Shown here: positions 1 to 8,422 of the stretch, in pieces | How the letters are laid out: each line of letters begins with the position of its first letter | How positions within the stretch are numbered: position 1 is the first letter of the stretch | DNA from: Bacteroidota bacterium | Lineage (GTDB): Bacteria > Bacteroidota > Ignavibacteria > OLB7 | Assembly: GCA_018266795.1 (NCBI GenBank) | Contig: JAFDZV010000039.1 | Location: 15,215 to 79,214, forward strand | Direction: 5' to 3' | DNA: 64,000 nt | Made by a program: the position numbers and the translations under genes | Notes under the pieces: generated by a model | The model's input: only the letters and a program-made list of their open reading frames with translations | Databases searched by the model: none | Told to the model about the DNA's origin: nothing

Positions 1-149
1 CAGCGAGGCAGTTGGGGGGGACGGTTCTGACTGGACCGAAATCGATGGGCGAGTGCCGCTTCCATGTTATTCGCGATCCGGCCGGCGCAGCGCCGGCACA
101 GGTTGGCGGTTGAACGTGAGCGGTGTGCGAGTGTAATGTTCGATACTCT

Positions 150-368
150 ATGGCCAAACAAACTGCGATCAAGGTTGATGGAGTGGTATCGGAAGTTCTT
201 CCGAATGCCTCGTTCCGCGTGAAGCTGGAGAACGGCCACGAGATTCTGGCGCATATCTCCGGCAAGATTCGTATGAACTACATCAGGATCGTTCAGGGAG
301 ATCGTGTGGCCGTGGAACTGTCGCCGTATGATCTGGCAAAGGGGCGTATCACCTATCGGTATCGATAG
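150..368 (+). CDS. infA: translation initiation factor IF-1
   Basis: ORF track 123..368. The in-frame ATG at 150 gives 72-aa [72 protein letters not shown], a canonical S1/OB-fold IF-1. It heads the conserved infA-rpmJ-rpsM-rpsK-rpsD-rpoA-rplQ block. Confidence 0.95.
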   Translation: MAKQTAIKVDGVVSEVLPNASFRVKLENGHEILAHISGKIRMNYIRIVQGDRVAVELSPYDLAKGRITYRYR

Positions 369-462
369 GCTGCTCGTCCCGGGCGAAGCGTTTGAAGGAA
401 CCGACTGAGACAATTCGATCGCATTGTGTACTGCGCAAGCGATCGCAAATCACTTAAGAGCA

Positions 463-579
463 ATGAAAGTACGAGCATCGGTCAAGAAGATGTGCGACAA
501 CTGCAAGATCGTCAAGCGCAAGGGAGTTGTGCGGGTGATCTGCAAGAAGAACCCGAAGCACAAGCAGCGCCAGGGATAA
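463..579 (+). CDS. rpmJ: 50S ribosomal protein L36
   Basis: Absent from the ORF track (<60 aa). Hand translation of 463..579 gives [38 protein letters not shown]-stop, a textbook L36 with the CxxC...C....H zinc-ribbon pattern. Position between infA and rpsM is as expected. Confidence 0.93.
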   Translation: MKVRASVKKMCDNCKIVKRKGVVRVICKKNPKHKQRQG

Positions 580-662
580 CCGCTATCGGCTCGGGGTTCG
601 CACGCATCAACTGCCCAGGCGATCCGAATTGCAATCACACTTGAATCGAGGAGCTATACACG

Positions 663-1043
663 TTGGCACGCATCGCTGGAATTGATCTTCCCAGAAACAA
701 GCATGCTCGCATCGGGCTCACCTATATCTATGGTATCGGGCCGTCGACGGCAGCGAAAATCCTTGAGAGCTCGAACGTCGAACCTTCGAAGAAGATCGGC
801 GATCTGAGCGACGAAGAGGTGAATCGCATCCGCATGACCATCCAGAACGATTACAAGGTGGAAGGTGCAGCGCGAAGCGAGATGCAGTTGAACATCAAGC
901 GATTGATGGATATCGGCTGCTATCGCGGGCTGCGTCATCGTCGCGGCCTGCCGGTGAACGGGCAGCGGACGCGTACGAATGCGCGTACACGCAAGGGACG
1001 TCGCAAGACGGTTGCCGGAAAGAAGAAGGCCGGCAAGAAGTAG
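663..1043 (+). CDS. rpsM: 30S ribosomal protein S13
   Basis: 126-aa [37 protein letters not shown]... with a basic C-tail. TTG start codon at 663. Position in the alpha-operon block fits. Confidence 0.95.
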   Translation: MARIAGIDLPRNKHARIGLTYIYGIGPSTAAKILESSNVEPSKKIGDLSDEEVNRIRMTIQNDYKVEGAARSEMQLNIKRLMDIGCYRGLRHRRGLPVNGQRTRTNARTRKGRRKTVAGKKKAGKK

Positions 1044-1150
1044 AACCGGAACACTGATCGTGGCGGCAGGGAACGGGGTGCATGCGCCGTCCTGCCGTTT
1101 CACGGATCGAGAAGCTCGCAATCCGGAAGCAGTGTAATCATTGGGAACCC

Positions 1151-1540
1151 ATGGCTAAGACTACTCAGCAGAAGCGTAAGAAGAAGGTCGTTGCCGAAGT
1201 CAACGGCAAGGCCTTCGTGAAGGCGACCTTCAACAACGTCATCGTGACGGTGACCGACATATACGGCAACACGCTCAGTTGGAGCTCCGCCGGCCGCAAC
1301 GGCTTCCGTGGCTCGCGCAAGAACACGCCGTATGCGGCGCAGGTGTGCGCCGAGAACGCCGGCAAGGAGGCGTTCGACATGGGCCTCCGCAAGGTCGATG
1401 TCTTTATCAAGGGGCCGGGATCGGGCCGTGAAGCCGCCGTACGTGCACTTCAGCAGAACGGCCTGGAGGTTCTCACGATCACCGACATCACGCCGCTGCC
1501 GCACAACGGCTGCCGTCCTCCGAAGCGCCGCCGCGTATAA
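1151..1540 (+). CDS. rpsK: 30S ribosomal protein S11
   Basis: ORF 1082..1540. The ATG at 1151 gives [64 protein letters not shown]..., a canonical S11 core. The upstream 23 codons are unlikely to be coding. Confidence 0.95.
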   Translation: MAKTTQQKRKKKVVAEVNGKAFVKATFNNVIVTVTDIYGNTLSWSSAGRNGFRGSRKNTPYAAQVCAENAGKEAFDMGLRKVDVFIKGPGSGREAAVRALQQNGLEVLTITDITPLPHNGCRPPKRRRV

Positions 1541-1691
1541 CGCTGCCGCGTCCGGGCGCATCGCATGGAGCGCTCGCGTGCCGCCGACATCGGCGCGCGC
1601 ATGAAGCCGCCCTGCACCCGATGCCGGTATCGCTCCGGCACCCGCCTCTGGAAAGTGTGAAACACGTCATTCAGATTCATACATCTCTCTC

Positions 1692-2327
1692 ATGGCTCGA
1701 TATACTGATGCGGTCTGCAAACTCTGCCGTCGTGAGCGGCAGAAGCTCTTTCTGAAGGGCGCCAAGTGCTACACGGAGAAGTGCCCGGTGGAGCGCCGGA
1801 ACTATCCTCCAGGTCAGCACGGAGGTACCAATGCACGCCGTGCAAAGGTGACCGAGTATGGCCTGCAGCTGCGCGAGAAGCAGAAGATCAAGCGCACGTA
1901 CCGTCTGCTGGAGAAGCAGTTCCGGTTGTCGTTCGAGAAGGCGAACCGTCAGCAGGGTATCACGGGTGAGAACCTCGTGCGCCTGCTGGAGACCCGTCTG
2001 GACAACATCGTCTACCGTCTTGGCTTCGGTTCGTCTCGCAATGCCGCCCGGCAGCTCGTGCTGCACCGTCACATTACCGTCAATGGCAAGTCCGTGAACA
2101 TCCCCAGCTTCCATGTGAAGACCGGAGATGTTGTGCAGGTACGCCCGAAGAGCCGCAAGCTCGATGCGATTCATGATGCGATGAAGCGCGTCAACGATCG
2201 CTCGATCCCCTCGTGGGTTCAGCTCGACAAGGCGAACATGAAGGGCACTCTTCTGAACCTGCCGGAGCGTGCCGACGTACCGCTGAATGCCAACGAGCAG
2301 CTTGTTGTGGAGTTGTACTCGAAGTAA
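1692..2327 (+). CDS. rpsD: 30S ribosomal protein S4
   Basis: 211 aa starting MARYTDAVCKLCRRERQKLFLKGAKCYTEKCPVERR (Cys-rich S4 N-terminus), followed by the S4 RNA-binding domain (LDNIVYRLGFGSSRNAARQLVLHRHITVNGK). Confidence 0.95.
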   Translation: MARYTDAVCKLCRRERQKLFLKGAKCYTEKCPVERRNYPPGQHGGTNARRAKVTEYGLQLREKQKIKRTYRLLEKQFRLSFEKANRQQGITGENLVRLLETRLDNIVYRLGFGSSRNAARQLVLHRHITVNGKSVNIPSFHVKTGDVVQVRPKSRKLDAIHDAMKRVNDRSIPSWVQLDKANMKGTLLNLPERADVPLNANEQLVVELYSK

Positions 2328-2491
2328 TGCCGGTGCGCCGCGCGCAGGCGCGGCGTGGAGGCCCCTGCATGGCCGGCTTCGGCCGGCGAATCGGGTCTCA
2401 ACTGGCAGGACTGGCGTTCGCTCCGGTCGGTAGCATATGATGCCCGTTGCTTGTGAATAATTCCTGACCACGAAGAGAAGAGAGGTAAGCT

Positions 2492-3517
2492 TTGACAGAG
2501 CAGATCACCGCGCCGATGAGCTCGTTCATGCAGATGCCAGAACGAGTGCAGGTTGATGAGTCCACGCGGAGCGAAACGTTCGGACGGTTCGTGCTCCAGC
2601 CGTTGGAGGAAGGTTACGGTGCTACGATCGGCAATGCCTTCCGCCGCGTTCTTCTTGCCTCGATTCCCGGATGCGCGATCTCCGCAATCCGGATCGACGG
2701 CGTGCTGCACGAGTTCCAGACCATCGAGGGTGTCAGCGAGGACATGGCCGAGATCGTCCTGAACCTGAAGGAGATCCGGATCAAGCAGCTCGACAAGAAG
2801 GCGACGAAGATCTCCTTCACGGTGACCGGTCCCGCCGACTTCACCGGACAGGATATCCAGAACGCCACGGAGGATTTCCAGATCCTCAATCCCGAACATC
2901 ACATTGCGACGCTTTCCGATGGCGTGACGCTGAATGTGGAGCTGCGCATCAGCCGCGGCAAGGGCTACGTGCCGAGCGAGGAGAATCATCTTCCTGATCA
3001 GCCGATCGGTACCATCGCGATCGATTCGATCTTCACGCCGATCCTCAACGTTCGCTATCTCGTGGAGCCGACGCGCGTTGGCCAGAAGACCGACTACGAG
3101 AAGCTGACGCTCGAGATCACGACCGATGGTTCGATCACGCCGGAGGAGGCGCTGGCAACGGCGGCCAAGATCCTCCGCGACCACATTCAGTTGTTCCTCA
3201 ACTTCGACGCCGAGGAAACCCAGATGGCGGAGGAGGAGGAGGCGCAGGAGGCCGAGGTTAGCCGCATCCGGCGGATCCTTCTGACTCCGGTGGACGAATT
3301 GGAGCTTTCGGTGCGTTCGCACAATTGCCTCAAGGCGGCGAACATCAACACGATCGCCGATCTCGTATCGCGCCAGGAGAACGAGATGTTGAAGTTCCGC
3401 AACTTCGGCCGCAAGTCGTTGGCCGAGCTTACGGACATCATCGATTCGTTCGGCCTCACGTTCGGTATGGACGTGGACAAATATCTCAAGGCGGAGGATG
3501 CCGCCGGGCGCGAGTAG
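2492..3517 (+). CDS. rpoA: DNA-directed RNA polymerase subunit alpha
   Basis: 341 aa. N-terminal assembly domain (FVLQPLEEGYGATIGNAFRRVLLASIPG) and alpha-CTD (LELSVRSHNCLKAANINTIADLV...FRNFGRKSLAEL). The ORF opens with TTG at 2492; in-frame ATGs at 2516-2534 are alternative starts. Confidence 0.94.
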   Translation: MTEQITAPMSSFMQMPERVQVDESTRSETFGRFVLQPLEEGYGATIGNAFRRVLLASIPGCAISAIRIDGVLHEFQTIEGVSEDMAEIVLNLKEIRIKQLDKKATKISFTVTGPADFTGQDIQNATEDFQILNPEHHIATLSDGVTLNVELRISRGKGYVPSEENHLPDQPIGTIAIDSIFTPILNVRYLVEPTRVGQKTDYEKLTLEITTDGSITPEEALATAAKILRDHIQLFLNFDAEETQMAEEEEAQEAEVSRIRRILLTPVDELELSVRSHNCLKAANINTIADLVSRQENEMLKFRNFGRKSLAELTDIIDSFGLTFGMDVDKYLKAEDAAGRE

Positions 3518-3644
3518 TCGCTTTGCTGCGGCTTCCCGAAAAGCCGCAGAACGAAGCCGCTTCGGATAACAGTTTCGTATCACACTTCTGAGCAAGCCTC
3601 AGTGACGCCGGTCCCTATACAGGGCGGCTTAATACTGGAAGATC

Positions 3645-4304
3645 ATGAGACATCGAGTAGAAGGCAGAAAACTCAAGCGGACCGCGAGCCATCGCAAGGC
3701 ACTCCTTCAGGCGCTTGCCACGTCGCTCTTCCGTCACAAGCGTATCAAGACCACGGAAGCGAAGGCGAAGGAAGCGCGTCGCTTTGCCGAGGCGATCATC
3801 ACGCGTGCAAAGCGTGCCCACCTTTCGGAGGTTGCCGGCACACCGGATATTCATGCACGCCGCGTGGTTGCACGCGACATTCACGATGCGGCAGTGGTGC
3901 GCGAGCTGTTCGGTGAGATTGCGGCGAAGGTCGCCGAGCGTCCGGGGGGCTACACCCGCGTTGTGAAGCTGGGCCAGCGTTTCGGTGACGGTGCACGCGT
4001 TGCCGTGCTTGAGCTCGTGGATTACAACCTGGATCGTGACGAATCGGCCGTACGCAGCCGTTCGAAGAGTGCCATATCCCGCGCCGAGCGTGTTGCACGC
4101 AGCCGCGCCAAGCAGGCGCAGAAGGAGGCTGCTGCTCCGGAGGCACATGCTCCGGTTGCAGAGGCTGCAGTCGTCGAGGCTGAGACGCCCGTGGAGGCTG
4201 CTGTGGAGGAAGCTCCGGCGATCGAGGGCACGGAGCATTCCGAGGGTGAGACCGAGCAGCACGAGGCCGGTGATGAGAGCCCCGAAACGACCCCTGAAGC
4301 GTAG
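3645..4304 (+). CDS. rplQ: 50S ribosomal protein L17 with about 100-aa Ala/Glu-rich acidic C-terminal extension
   Basis: MRHRVEGRKLKRTASHRKALLQALATSLFRHKRIKTTEAKAKEARRFAE...GGYTRVVKLGQRFGDGARVAVLELV is the L17 core. The remaining roughly 100 aa are low complexity (AEAAVVEAETPVEAAVEEAPAIEG...). Confidence 0.92.
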   Translation: MRHRVEGRKLKRTASHRKALLQALATSLFRHKRIKTTEAKAKEARRFAEAIITRAKRAHLSEVAGTPDIHARRVVARDIHDAAVVRELFGEIAAKVAERPGGYTRVVKLGQRFGDGARVAVLELVDYNLDRDESAVRSRSKSAISRAERVARSRAKQAQKEAAAPEAHAPVAEAAVVEAETPVEAAVEEAPAIEGTEHSEGETEQHEAGDESPETTPEA

Positions 4305-4365
4305 ACAATTGGGCCATTTCGCGCAAATTTTGCTTTTGCGGTCCTGAAAAAATATGTAAGCTTGT

Positions 4366-4410
4366 AAGGAGCCTTCTTATCGTTGAGATAAGAAGGCTCC
4401 TTTGTGTTGG
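4366..4410 (+). terminator. rho-independent terminator closing the rpoA-rplQ operon
   Basis: Perfect 16-bp stem: AAGGAGCCTTCTTATC (4366-4381), loop GTTGA, GATAAGAAGGCTCCTT (4387-4402). A T-rich run (TGTGTTGG) follows. Lies 62 nt after the rplQ stop. Confidence 0.65.
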
Positions 4411-4531
4411 CCCTTGACTCTCACGCAGCCGGTATCGTTCGTCGTTTCGGTTCGTACGCCACCGCTCACCTGCAGGGCAAGTCTGCCGCACTGGTTCAGT
4501 ATCATCAATCTCAAGGACGGGGTATAGCACC

Positions 4532-5062
4532 GTGAACATCTACGTGGGAAACATCCCATACACTGTGACGGAGGATGATCTCCGGCAGGTCTTCGAGGAA
4601 TTCGGCACGGTCACTTCAGCAAGCGTTATTATCGATAACGTGACCGGGCGATCGAGAGGATTCGGATTCGTACAGATGGCAACCGATGAAGAGGGAGCAC
4701 GTGCCATCGAAGAGATGAACGGCAGGGAATGGATGGGACGTGTATTGACCGTGAACGAGGCGCGTCCGCGCCAGGAACGTACAGGCGGTTATGCACCGCG
4801 TCGTGACGGCGATGGTGGTGGTGCGCGCCGCCAGACCGGCAGCTATGACGGCGGCGGCCGCGGCGGCTACAGTGGCGGCGGCGGTGGTGGCTATGGCGGT
4901 GGAGGCGGCTATGGCGGCGGCGGCGGGCGCGGTGGTGACCGCTCCGGCGGACGCGACGCAGGACGCGGACGTGGGGACCGCGATCGCGGAGGCAGAGGAC
5001 GCGGACAGGATGACAACTGGGACAACAATCGCTGGGGGCGCGGCGGGGATGACGACTATTGA
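4532..5062 (+). CDS. RRM-domain RNA-binding protein with RGG/GGY low-complexity tail
   Basis: GTG start. RNP2 motif IYVGNI and RNP1 motif RGFGFVQM within an approximately 80-aa RRM, followed by about 90 aa of Gly/Arg/Tyr/Asp repeats (GGGRGGYSGGGGGGYGGGGGYGGGGGRGGDRSGGRDAGRGRGDRDRGGRGRG). Confidence 0.85.
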   Translation: MNIYVGNIPYTVTEDDLRQVFEEFGTVTSASVIIDNVTGRSRGFGFVQMATDEEGARAIEEMNGREWMGRVLTVNEARPRQERTGGYAPRRDGDGGGARRQTGSYDGGGRGGYSGGGGGGYGGGGGYGGGGGRGGDRSGGRDAGRGRGDRDRGGRGRGQDDNWDNNRWGRGGDDDY

Positions 5063-5341
5063 GATCCTCTCGCACTGAGAGCTTCCGAGAGGGAGGCCCG
5101 TTGCTGCGAAACATGCAGGCCGTACCGCGGACAGATGGCGGCGCCGCTGCGGTTCCGTACGAGGGTAGGAATTGACGGCGATCGTGCAGCATTCTGCCGG
5201 ACTGTAGGCTGCGACGCCCAACGCAGAAACGTCGAGCCGGTACCAACTGTTTCCTCGCCATGCCGGGGAACGCGATAACTTCGGGTCGTTGGAGTTGCTT
5301 CGCATGAAGCGATACTCCGGCGGCCCTTTCTGTATCAACCC

Positions 5342-5956
5342 ATGCTTCGAATCAACTCGGCGGACTTCGTGATCAGTGCGGCCGGCACGGCCCAGTTCCC
5401 CCGGCAGCCCATGCCGGAGGTGGCATTTGCCGGTCGCTCCAATGTCGGCAAGTCGTCGCTGCTCAACCTGCTGGTTGGACGCAAGAGTCTTGCCAAGACC
5501 AGCAGTACACCCGGCAAGACGCAGCAGATCAATTTCTTCCTGATCAACGAAGGGTTCCATTTCGTGGATCTCCCCGGCTATGGCTATGCGAAGGTTTCGA
5601 AGACGGAGAGGGAGGCATGGGCGCGGCTGATCGAATCGTACCTGCGCGCCCGCGACCAGTTGCGCCTGGTGGTTGCGCTCAGCGACATTCGCCACGAGCC
5701 GCCCGCCATCGACATCGAGCTGTTCCGATGGCTGGATGCAATCGGGCGCCCCTTCCTGATCGTGCTGACCAAGCACGACAAGATCTCGCCTGCGCTCGCG
5801 GACGCCCGGCGTTCGGCAATGATCGAACTCGCATCCACGTACGCGCATTGCGTTGGCGTGATCGCCGTCTCATCGGCAACGCGGCACAATCGCGATCGGC
5901 TTCTCGGCGTGCTTGGCAAGGCTCTCGCCGGCGAGCCGATTGCGATCGAAGCATAG
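5342..5956 (+). CDS. engB: ribosome-biogenesis GTPase EngB/YsxC/YihA
   Basis: 204 aa with G1 GRSNVGKSSLLN, G3 DLPGYG and G4 TKHDK. Length and motif order are typical of EngB. Confidence 0.9.
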   Translation: MLRINSADFVISAAGTAQFPRQPMPEVAFAGRSNVGKSSLLNLLVGRKSLAKTSSTPGKTQQINFFLINEGFHFVDLPGYGYAKVSKTEREAWARLIESYLRARDQLRLVVALSDIRHEPPAIDIELFRWLDAIGRPFLIVLTKHDKISPALADARRSAMIELASTYAHCVGVIAVSSATRHNRDRLLGVLGKALAGEPIAIEA

Positions 5957-6018
5957 CGGCGCTGTGTATCGCGCACAGCACCCTCGCAATTCCATTCTCA
6001 CAGCCAAACATCTCGACG

Positions 6019-7161
6019 ATGAAACCGCGTCTGTTCACTCCCGGCCCAACACCCGTTCCCGAATCCGCGACGCTGCGCATGGCGAAGCCAATCATCCACC
6101 ATCGCACGCCCGAGTTTCAGAACGTGCTCCGCGACGTTGCGTCGGGGCTGCAGTATCTGTTCTGCACATCGCAGCCGGTGCTCACCATCACCGCAAGCGG
6201 CACCGGTGCAATGGAGGCCGCGCTTGTGAACATACTGAGCCCGGGCGACGAGATCCTTTACGTCAACGGGGGGCGTTTCGGAGAGCGATGGGGCGCAATC
6301 GCACGCGCGTACGGAGTTGCGGCTCATGAGGTAACGGTGCCGTGGGGGGAGGCGGTGACGATCGAGCAGATCATGGCTGCCCTTGCCGCGCATCCGACTG
6401 CGACGGCGCTGTGTCTTACACACAGCGAAACATCCACCGGCGTGTTCACCGATGTGCGTGCGATTGCCGAGGCCGTTCGGCCGTCGTTCGGCGGACTGAT
6501 TGCGGTGGATGGGATCACCGCCGTTGGCGCACACGAGTTGCGCTTCGACGACTGGGACATCGACGTGGTTGTCACGGGCTCACAGAAGGGATTGATGATC
6601 CCGCCGGGGCTGGCGTTCATCGCACTGAGCGCGCGCGCGTGGGACGCGTGCAGACGTTCAGCGCTGCCGAAGTTCTACTTCGACCTGCTGGAGGCTCGCG
6701 AAGCATACGAACGAAACGACACTCCCTGGACGCCCGCGATCACGCTGGTGTGTGGCCTGGCGGAGACGCTTCGCATGATTCGAGAGGAGGGGATCGAAGC
6801 AGTGTGGCAGCGGCACGCGTTGCTTGCCGCCGCGCTCCGTGCAGGCGTGTCCGCGCTCGGCCTGCAACCGTACGGATCGCCGCCGTCGCACGCGATCACG
6901 GCGATTGCGCTTCCGGCGCGGGGCGATGAGTTCATGACTCTGCTGAAGGACCGGTACCACGTGACGGTTGCGGCCGGGCAGGATGAATTGAAGGGGCGAA
7001 TCTTCCGCGTTGCCCACCTGGGATACTACGATGAGGCTGACATGCTGGCGGTTCTGTACTGCATCGAGCGTGCGCTTGCCGACGTCGGGCACGATCACGC
7101 TCCGGGTGCGGGGCTGGCAGCAGCGCGTCTGGCCCTCCAGGAGCCGATCCGGGTGCCGTGA
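6019..7161 (+). CDS. class V PLP-dependent aminotransferase (serine-pyruvate / alanine-glyoxylate type)
   Basis: ORF track 5617..7161. The first 134 codons overlap engB and are Arg/Ala-rich junk. The ATG at 6019 gives MKPRLFTPGPTPVPESA... (typical class V N-terminus) and the PLP-lysine motif VVVTGSQKGLMIPPG. Confidence 0.85.
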   Translation: MKPRLFTPGPTPVPESATLRMAKPIIHHRTPEFQNVLRDVASGLQYLFCTSQPVLTITASGTGAMEAALVNILSPGDEILYVNGGRFGERWGAIARAYGVAAHEVTVPWGEAVTIEQIMAALAAHPTATALCLTHSETSTGVFTDVRAIAEAVRPSFGGLIAVDGITAVGAHELRFDDWDIDVVVTGSQKGLMIPPGLAFIALSARAWDACRRSALPKFYFDLLEAREAYERNDTPWTPAITLVCGLAETLRMIREEGIEAVWQRHALLAAALRAGVSALGLQPYGSPPSHAITAIALPARGDEFMTLLKDRYHVTVAAGQDELKGRIFRVAHLGYYDEADMLAVLYCIERALADVGHDHAPGAGLAAARLALQEPIRVP

Positions 7162-7452
7162 GCATTCATCGGATTCATTTGAGCCCGTTGTGCGCTTCGG
7201 CTGCGCAGGTGCCGAGAACGTCTCACGCGCGCTCCCTCCCGCGCCAGCGCCTGGCGTAACCTTTCGGAGCATACCGGGTAAGTTGATCGTGAGCGACAGA
7301 CCCCCTTACAGTGCAGGCAGATGTGTGGTTGGGAACCGGGCTGCAGGGCATTTGTCCGGACGCATCGCAGCAGACCGTGGCGGCACTTGCGTTGACGGAC
7401 GCCGCGCACAACGGCGAGGCTCTCGGACCCTGTGAATCAATCGGAGGCGACA

Positions 7453-7914
7453 ATGCGAACGACCCTGTCTCTTGTTGCTGCATCATTCGTTGTCGGGCTG
7501 GGAGCTTTGCAGGCCCAGCCGGAGGTAGTGGTTGATCATGCGCACGACGCTCGCGTGTTCGAGGTAAACAGCGGCGCAACGCGGAAGCAGGGGGCAACCC
7601 AGGACAGCTCCGCGAAGCTCGCGACGATCCGGGATGCGGTGAAGCATTCAGAGGGGAGCACGCGGGGCATGAACTGTACGCTGGTGCGATATCCGCGGAG
7701 TGGGGAAGCTGTATCGGTGGCGCCGGGCGCCGACGGCACCGGACCATCCTCCGGCGCGGCGCAGCCCGGTGCGGAGATCTCTCCGGGCGCGAGCCAGGGC
7801 ACGACATCGGTCGCGGAACCGGTTCCACACGTGTCGGCATCTCCGGAGCCGGTGATCGGGCGCGCGGGGAATTCGGATACACGGCTGGATTCTCAGATGC
7901 CGACGCTGGAATAG
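7453..7914 (+). CDS. hypothetical secreted low-complexity protein
   Basis: ATG at 7453 preceded by GGAGG. Signal-peptide-like MRTTLSLVAASFVVGLGALQAQP. The rest is Ser/Gly/Pro/Ala-rich with no recognisable family. A 287-aa antisense ORF overlaps, so the coding status is uncertain. Confidence 0.4.
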   Translation: MRTTLSLVAASFVVGLGALQAQPEVVVDHAHDARVFEVNSGATRKQGATQDSSAKLATIRDAVKHSEGSTRGMNCTLVRYPRSGEAVSVAPGADGTGPSSGAAQPGAEISPGASQGTTSVAEPVPHVSASPEPVIGRAGNSDTRLDSQMPTLE

Positions 7915-8422
7915 GCGGCCGATTGCCGCACTCCGTGAACCGGGATCGCGTCCGATTCCGAGGTAACTTTTCAGAACGTAGGGTGTAAGTTGGGACAGGG
8001 CCGGAGGAGCGGGGCAACTCGATTGAGACGAGGGATAGTGCTGAAAGGTTCCAACCGAAGCGACTGGAATTTTGTGGTTGCACCAACCAGGGCTATATTC
8101 GGCGCGGAAAATTGATACAACTCCCTACCCAAGTTCGACATCAGTCCGACGTGGCAACCAGATCAGGTCGCGACGCAGCCAGCGTCATCCTTTTCCCAAC
8201 GAAACGCGCATCATCGTGATGTACCGGCATTCTGCTGGGCGGTGAGTGAAGCGCATACCGCCAACCTTCGAACCGTTCAAGCGCCTCATGCAGATTACGC
8301 TTGCTACGGCTCCGTGTGTACAAAGTTACACGACGTCGGGATTCGGGCGGACCAGGAGAGAGAACATCAACGAAATACAACGTGTTCGCACAACGCAATA
8401 ATCCAATTCAAGGAGTGCTCAG

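Noticed and set aside
81-97. GC-rich 7-bp hairpin (GCCGGCG-CAG-CGCCGGC) upstream of infA
   Set aside because: The stem is short, no T-tract follows, and the upstream gene lies outside the window. It cannot be interpreted.
2219-3595. 458-aa minus-strand ORF antisense to rpoA, plus many 60-150-aa ORFs overlapping the ribosomal genes
   Set aside because: They overlap universally conserved genes on the opposite strand or in another frame. They are high-GC artefacts.
5617-6018. 134-codon N-terminal extension of the aminotransferase ORF, overlapping engB
   Set aside because: The extension is Arg/Ala/Pro-rich and overlaps the 3' half of engB in another frame. The canonical class V aminotransferase N-terminus (MKPRLFTPGPTP) begins at 6019.
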